DNA from: an uncultured bacterium
Lineage (GTDB): Bacteria; Krumholzibacteriota; Krumholzibacteriia; JACNKJ01
Assembly: GCA_963695095.1 (NCBI GenBank)
Contig: CAVOFT010000001.1
Span: 1,472,001 to 1,536,000 of the forward strand
Reading direction: 5' to 3'
Length of the DNA: 64,000 bases
Shown here: piece after piece, positions 59,066 to 64,000 of the stretch
How the letters are laid out: every line of letters starts with the position of its first letter
Position numbering within the stretch: position 1 is the stretch's first letter
Notes under the pieces: model-generated
What the model saw: the letters and a program-made list of their open reading frames with translations, nothing else
The model's database searches: none
What the model was told of the DNA's origin: nothing
Program-made: the position numbers and the translations under genes

Positions 59066-59809
59066 ATGGCAGCGGCCGCCAGCCCAGAACGTCAGATTCG
59101 CGATCAAGGCGGGCCGCCGGCCCACATCGCCGTGATCATGGACGGCAATGGCCGCTGGGCGCGCCAGCGCATGCTGCCGCGAATCATGGGGCATCGCGAA
59201 GGCCGCAAGGCCGTGCGCCGCACGGTGGAGGCGGCCGCCAGTCTCGGCGTCCGGCACCTCACTCTCTTCACCTTCTCGATGGAGAACTGGCGCCGGCCCG
59301 GCGCCGAGGTGAAGGCCCTCATGCAGTTCCTCGAGGACGTGCTCGACACCGAGTGCGCCGAGCTGGACAAGCAGGACATCAGCCTGCGCGGGATGGGTCG
59401 CCTCGAGCTGCTGCCGCCGGGCACCCTGGCCCGCTTGCGCGCGGCCGAGGCGGAGCTGGCCGACAACCGGGGCATGCAGCTCGTCCTCGCCCTCAGCTAT
59501 AGCGGTCGGGCCGAGATCGTGGACGCGGCGCGCGCCTTTGCCGCTGCGGTGGCCCGCGGCGAGGCGCGCCCTGCGGATCTGGACGAGGAGCGCTTCGCGA
59601 GCCACCTCTATCTGCCCGAGCTGCCGCCCGTGGATCTGCTCATCCGCACGAGCGGCGAGCAGCGCCTCAGCAATTTCTGCCTCTGGCAACTCGCCTACGC
59701 CGAGATCCACAACACGACGACCCTGTGGCCGGACTTCGCGGCGGCGGACCTCCACCAGGCCATCCTCGATTTCCTGGGCCGGGAGCGACGCTTTGGCAAA
59801 GTCCTCTGA
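59066..59809 (+). CDS. uppS: Undecaprenyl diphosphate synthase
   Basis: HIAVIMDGNGRWA, FSMENWRRP, LIRTSGEQRLSNF, RERRFG. Confidence 0.96.
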   Translation: MAAAASPERQIRDQGGPPAHIAVIMDGNGRWARQRMLPRIMGHREGRKAVRRTVEAAASLGVRHLTLFTFSMENWRRPGAEVKALMQFLEDVLDTECAELDKQDISLRGMGRLELLPPGTLARLRAAEAELADNRGMQLVLALSYSGRAEIVDAARAFAAAVARGEARPADLDEERFASHLYLPELPPVDLLIRTSGEQRLSNFCLWQLAYAEIHNTTTLWPDFAAADLHQAILDFLGRERRFGKVL

Positions 59810-60647
59810 AGCCCTCCTGCAACTGCCCAGCCTCGGCCGCCGGCTGCTGGCTGCCGCGCTGCTCCTGCCCCTGGTCGTCTGGGTCGCCCTGACCGGCGGC
59901 TGGCTCTTCCTCGGCGTGACGGCGCTGTGGACCCTGCGCATGATCTGGGAATTCGGGGCCATGCGCCGGGCGCGAGGGCGGCGCTCCGGCTTCTTCCCCC
60001 TGGCCCTGATCGCGCTGGCCCTGATCGCCGCCTGCCACTGGGGCGGCGCCGAGCAGGCGGCGGCCCTGTTCGCGCTCGTCGGACTCGGCCTCTTCGGCGC
60101 CGACGCGCTGCGCGGCCGCTGCGAGGGCGGCACCGAGCGGGCCGGCGAGAAGCTGCTTTTCGTCTTCTACCTGGCCTGGCTGCCGGGCCACTGGATCCTG
60201 CTGCGCGAACTGCCGGCCTCGCTGGGGCTGCCGGCCGCCGTGGGCGGGCGCTGGTTCCTCTTCGCCGCGGGCGTCACCTGGCTGGGGGATAGCTTCTCCT
60301 ACTTCGTGGGCAGTCTCTGGGGCCGCCACTCCCTGCGCTCCCCGGTGAGCCCGCGCAAGTCGCTGGAGGGGGTCATCGGCGGCATGGCCGGGGCCGCGCT
60401 CTGCGCCTGGCTGCTGGCCCCGGCCTGGGCGCCCTTCCTGGCCGGCTGGCTGGCCGTCCTCGTCGGGCTTCTGCTCTCCCTGGCCGGCCAGCTCGGCGAC
60501 CTCTTCGAGTCCCTGCTCAAGCGCGACGCGGCCATCAAGGACAGCGGCCGCATCCTGCCCGGCCACGGCGGCCTGCTGGATCGCGCCGACAGCATGCTCT
60601 TCTCGATCCCCGCCTTTTACTACCTGCTGCGCTGGGCTATTCTCTGA
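59793..60647 (+). CDS. cdsA: Phosphatidate cytidylyltransferase
   Basis: SPRKSLEG, GDLFESLLKR, KDSG..LPGHGGLLDRADS. Confidence 0.94.
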   Translation: MAKSSEALLQLPSLGRRLLAAALLLPLVVWVALTGGWLFLGVTALWTLRMIWEFGAMRRARGRRSGFFPLALIALALIAACHWGGAEQAAALFALVGLGLFGADALRGRCEGGTERAGEKLLFVFYLAWLPGHWILLRELPASLGLPAAVGGRWFLFAAGVTWLGDSFSYFVGSLWGRHSLRSPVSPRKSLEGVIGGMAGAALCAWLLAPAWAPFLAGWLAVLVGLLLSLAGQLGDLFESLLKRDAAIKDSGRILPGHGGLLDRADSMLFSIPAFYYLLRWAIL

Positions 60648-60649
60648 GC

Positions 60650-61813
60650 ATGAAACGGGTACTCCTCTTCGGCGCCTCCGGGAGCATCGGCGGCAGCACG
60701 CTGGACGTGCTGCGCAGCCGGCCGGACGAGTTCCGCCTGGTCGGGCTCAGCGTCCACCGCAACACGGCGCCCCTGGCGGGCTGGATCCGCGAGTTCGCCC
60801 CGGCGCGCGTCCAAGTGACCGACGCCGCCGCCCACCGCTCCTGGGCCGAGGCCCATCCCGAGCACGCCTCCCGCCTTCTGCCCGCGGACAGCCCGGCGGA
60901 GGCCTTGCTGGAGACGCCCGCCCAGATCGCCCTCAACGGCGTGCTCGGCTTCGCCGGGCTGGCCGTCACCCTGGCCGTGCTCGCGGCGGGGCTCGATCTC
61001 GCCCTGGCCAACAAGGAGTCCCTGGTCTGCGGCGGCGAGCTGCTGGCCGTGGCCCGGCGGCGTGCCCGCGGCCGGCTGCTGCCCGTCGACAGCGAGCACA
61101 GCGCGCTCGCCCAGCTGCTCGCCGGTCGCCCGCGCGAGCAGCTCAGGCGGGTCTGGCTCACCGCCTCCGGCGGCCCCTTCCGCGAGCTGCCGCTGGCGGC
61201 CCTGGCCGCTGTCACGCCCGAGCAGGCCCTGCGCCACCCGACCTGGCGCATGGGGCCCAAGATCAGCGTCGACTCGGCCACCCTGATGAACAAGGGCCTC
61301 GAGGTGATCGAGGCCGCCCAGCTCTTCGACCTGCCACCGGCGATGATCGGCGTGCTCGTCCACCCTGGCTCCCTGGCGCACGCCCTCGTCGAGCTCAGCG
61401 ACGCTTCCCTGCTCTGCCAGATGGCCGCCCCCGACATGCGCCAGCCCATCCTCGCCGCGCTCTGCGACCCCGAACGGCCGGCGGCCGACTATGGCCGCTT
61501 GAACCTGGAGGCGCCGCTCAGGCTGGACTTCGCGCCTCTGGACGCCACCCGCTTCCCCGCCGTGGACCTGGCCCGCAGCGCCCTGGCCGCCGGCGGCACG
61601 GCGCCGCTGGCCCTGAATGCCGCCGACGAGCTCGCCGTAGCTGCCTTCCTGGCCGGTGGCCTGCCCTTCACGGGCATCGTGGCCGTCGTCGAGCGGGTGC
61701 TGGCGGCGGGGGGCTGGGAACCCGCCGGCGATTACCCTGCTTTAGTCGAGGCCGATCAGCGGGCCCGTGCCCTTGCCGCCCATCAGGTGCGCGCTCTCGA
61801 AAGGACCGCATGA
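60650..61813 (+). CDS. dxr: 1-deoxy-D-xylulose 5-phosphate reductoisomerase
   Basis: GASGSIG, LANKESLV, PVDSEHSA, TASGGPF, HPTWRMGPKISVDSATLMNKGLE. Confidence 0.96.
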   Translation: MKRVLLFGASGSIGGSTLDVLRSRPDEFRLVGLSVHRNTAPLAGWIREFAPARVQVTDAAAHRSWAEAHPEHASRLLPADSPAEALLETPAQIALNGVLGFAGLAVTLAVLAAGLDLALANKESLVCGGELLAVARRRARGRLLPVDSEHSALAQLLAGRPREQLRRVWLTASGGPFRELPLAALAAVTPEQALRHPTWRMGPKISVDSATLMNKGLEVIEAAQLFDLPPAMIGVLVHPGSLAHALVELSDASLLCQMAAPDMRQPILAALCDPERPAADYGRLNLEAPLRLDFAPLDATRFPAVDLARSALAAGGTAPLALNAADELAVAAFLAGGLPFTGIVAVVERVLAAGGWEPAGDYPALVEADQRARALAAHQVRALERTA

Positions 61814-63147
61814 TCACCACCATCCTCGCGATGATCTTCACCCTGGGCCTGGTCGTGCTCGTTCACGAGCTGGGCCACTTTCTCGCCGCCCGCTCGGTGG
61901 GCATCCACGTCCATCGCTTCTCCATCGGGCTCGGCCCGGTGCTGCTCCGCTGGCGGGGGCTGGGCACCGAGTGGGCGCTGAGCCTGCTGCCCTTCGGCGG
62001 CTACGTGAAGATGGCCGGCATGCTCGAGGCCGTAGGCGAAGGCGAGGTGCCGGCCGAGGAGGCCACGCTGCCCCCGGAGCGGCTCTACCGCAACAAGCCC
62101 ATCCTGGCGCGCCTGTGGGCGATCCTCGCCGGGCCCCTGGCCAACCTGGTCCTGGCCGTGGTCCTCACCACGGGGATCTATGCCGTCCAGGGCTTCCCGA
62201 TCATTCCCGACGTCATTCTCAGCGAGCCGCCCGCGGATACGCCTGCCGCCCGCGCCGGCCTGGCGCGGGGCGATCGCGTGCTCAGCCTCGACGGCGAAGC
62301 GGTGGCCAACTGGAACGCGTTCGCCGAGCGGCTGAGCGCCGGCGGCGCCGGCCAGTATCGGCTCGGCGTGGAGCGGGCGGGCGAGCGGCTCGAGCTGACG
62401 CTCGTCTTGACGGCCACCGAGGGGCGCTTCGATCCCACCGGGCTCAGCGTGCTGGGCGACAACCGGGTCGGGCGAGTGCTCCGGAACGGTCCTGCCGACC
62501 GGCTGGGTCTGGCCACCGGCGACCGCATCCTCGAGCTGGACGGCCGTCCCGTCGCCCACTTCGACGAGATCGCGGCCATCGTCAATGCCAGCCCGGGCCG
62601 CGAGCTGGCCATCATCTGGGAACGTGAAGGCGAGCGGCACGAAGGCAGCATCACGCCCGAGCTGGCCCAGGTGCCGGATCCCGCCGACGAGGACAAGATC
62701 ATCGAGGCCGGGCGCATCTACTTCGAGCCCTACAGCGAGGGCACGGAGGCCATCGGCCTGCTCGATGCCGCCAAGTACGGGAGCCTGCAGGTCTTCTTCA
62801 CGGCCCGCAAGACGCTGGAGTGGGTGGTCAAGCAGGTCACCTTCCGCGGCAGCAAGGACGCCGTCGGCGGGCCGATCCTGATCGCGAAGGTGGCGGGGGA
62901 GATGGCGCGCTGGGGCTGGGACCGCCTGCTCGGCTTCATCGCCTTCTTCAGCACCCAGCTCTTCCTGCTCAATCTGCTGCCGGTGCCGGTGCTGGACGGC
63001 GGCCATGTCAGCTTCCTGCTCCTGGAGGCGGTCGGCCTGCCCGTGCGTGAGCAGTGGCGCTTGCGCCTGACGATGGCCGGCATGTTCCTCCTGCTCGGTC
63101 TGATGCTGTTCATCTTGGTGCTGGATCTGGGCCGCGTCCTGCCCTGA
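61810..63147 (+). CDS. rseP: RIP metalloprotease RseP
   Basis: HELGH, PFGGYVKM, AGPLAN, two PDZ domains, NLLPVPVLDGGH. Confidence 0.95.
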   Translation: MITTILAMIFTLGLVVLVHELGHFLAARSVGIHVHRFSIGLGPVLLRWRGLGTEWALSLLPFGGYVKMAGMLEAVGEGEVPAEEATLPPERLYRNKPILARLWAILAGPLANLVLAVVLTTGIYAVQGFPIIPDVILSEPPADTPAARAGLARGDRVLSLDGEAVANWNAFAERLSAGGAGQYRLGVERAGERLELTLVLTATEGRFDPTGLSVLGDNRVGRVLRNGPADRLGLATGDRILELDGRPVAHFDEIAAIVNASPGRELAIIWEREGERHEGSITPELAQVPDPADEDKIIEAGRIYFEPYSEGTEAIGLLDAAKYGSLQVFFTARKTLEWVVKQVTFRGSKDAVGGPILIAKVAGEMARWGWDRLLGFIAFFSTQLFLLNLLPVPVLDGGHVSFLLLEAVGLPVREQWRLRLTMAGMFLLLGLMLFILVLDLGRVLP

Positions 63148-63154
63148 GCCGGGG

Positions 63155-63508
63155 TCAGCGGGAGCTGCTGCCCTCGCCCTCGAGGATCTGCTTGCGGCGG
63201 ACGATCTCCTCGAAGAGCACCGGCCAGCGCTCGGGGCGCTCGGCGCTGATCCTGGCCGCGACGGCGCGCAGGGAATCGCCGGGGAGGGACGCGGCCAGGT
63301 GGTCGAAGCGCGCGTCCGCGAGGGTGTCGCCGAGCGCGGCCAGGCGACGGGCATCCACGATGCGCAGGTACTGCTGAACGAGGAATTCCTCCTCGGGGCT
63401 GAGCGCGGCGGCGCCATCCGACGGGCGATCGGCGCAAGCGCCGAGCCCCAGCGCCAGCGCGAGAAAGATGGGGACAGCGCGCGCGGGCATGGTTAAGAAT
63501 CGCATCAT
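63155..63508 (-). CDS. Small hypothetical lipoprotein
   Basis: Lipobox LGLGAC; SD GAGG; own promoter. Confidence 0.6.
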   Translation of the reverse strand: MMRFLTMPARAVPIFLALALGLGACADRPSDGAAALSPEEEFLVQQYLRIVDARRLAALGDTLADARFDHLAASLPGDSLRAVAARISAERPERWPVLFEEIVRRKQILEGEGSSSR

Positions 63509-63541
63509 GGTCCAGATCCTCACCGAGTTCGCAGCCGCGGC

Positions 63542-63570
63542 AGTCTACGGCGGCCGGCGGCGTCTGTCAA
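63542..63570 (-). promoter_or_regulatory. sigma70 promoter of the small lipoprotein gene
   Basis: TTGACA-17-TAGACT on the minus strand. Confidence 0.65.
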
Positions 63571-64000
63571 AGGCGGCCGCGCCGGGTCGTTGCGGCTGCC
63601 GTCAGCTGGCCTGCTTGCTAGCCCTGGCCGCCGCACCCGCCCTCGCCCTCGCGGCCGAGGATCAGCGTCCCCTGATCGGAGAGATCGCGATCGAGGGCAA
63701 CGAGACCTTCGGCGACGGCCAGCTCAAGGCCCTCCTGCGCACCCAGGAGCCCCGCTTCCTGCAGTTCAGCGGGCAGCCCCGCTTCGTGCGCGATTGGCTG
63801 CACAGCGACCTGACGACCCTGGCCGTCTACTATCGGCGCGCGGGCTTTCCGGAAGTCAGCGTCAGTTCCTTCCGCGAAGAAGATCTGCGCTACGATGCCG
63901 ATCGCGAGCGGCTGGACATCACCATCCACGTCGACGAGGGCAAGCGGCGCTACCTGCGCGCGCTGCGCATCAGCCCCGCTCTGGGCGAGGTTGAGCGGAA
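63564..64000 (+). CDS. BamA/TamA-family POTRA-domain protein (3' partial; start uncertain)
   Basis: Frame not in the ORF list: LLALAAAPALALAAE..IGEIAIEGNETFGDGQLK..YYRRAGF..ITIHVDEG. Confidence 0.8.
   Translation, partial: MSKAAAPGRCGCRQLACLLALAAAPALALAAEDQRPLIGEIAIEGNETFGDGQLKALLRTQEPRFLQFSGQPRFVRDWLHSDLTTLAVYYRRAGFPEVSVSSFREEDLRYDADRERLDITIHVDEGKRRYLRALRISPALGEVER

Overview
High-GC bacterial chromosomal window, almost entirely coding on the + strand. The gene content suggests an FCB-related candidate lineage such as Krumholzibacteriota, Latescibacterota or Eisenbacteria (inference from FlgD/T9SS-like C-terminal domains, a PorV-like gene and gene order). The housekeeping backbone is: glmS(3')-ridA-selC-lepA-lepB-hemW-hrcA-grpE-dnaJ-rsmE-yqeY-cvpA-mutS2-dnaG-rpoD ... 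tRNA-Ile2-Zn ribbon-RNase H-rnpB-recJ-rel-dtd-maf-mtnA ... rplM-rpsI-rpsB-tsf-pyrH-frr-uppS-cdsA-dxr-rseP-bamA-like(5'). Two accessory loci stand out. (1) 16.3-27.8 kb is an extracellular-electron-transfer cluster lying between rpoD and tRNA-Ile2. It encodes an outer-membrane barrel, two CsgG/DUF799-like proteins, a PPIase chaperone, a ~1040-aa cytochrome with 42 CxxCH motifs, an NHL propeller and a clear hexaheme homolog of the Geobacter nanowire cytochrome OmcS. This looks like an OmcS-type nanowire with its assembly machinery in a non-Geobacter lineage. (2) 37.9-54.3 kb is a TonB-receptor/PorV-like/lipoprotein cassette with several secreted proteins carrying C-terminal sorting domains. Many genes, including essential ones, are broken by +1 frameshifts best explained as long-read insertion errors. 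All protein calls come from motif recognition by eye; no searches were run.
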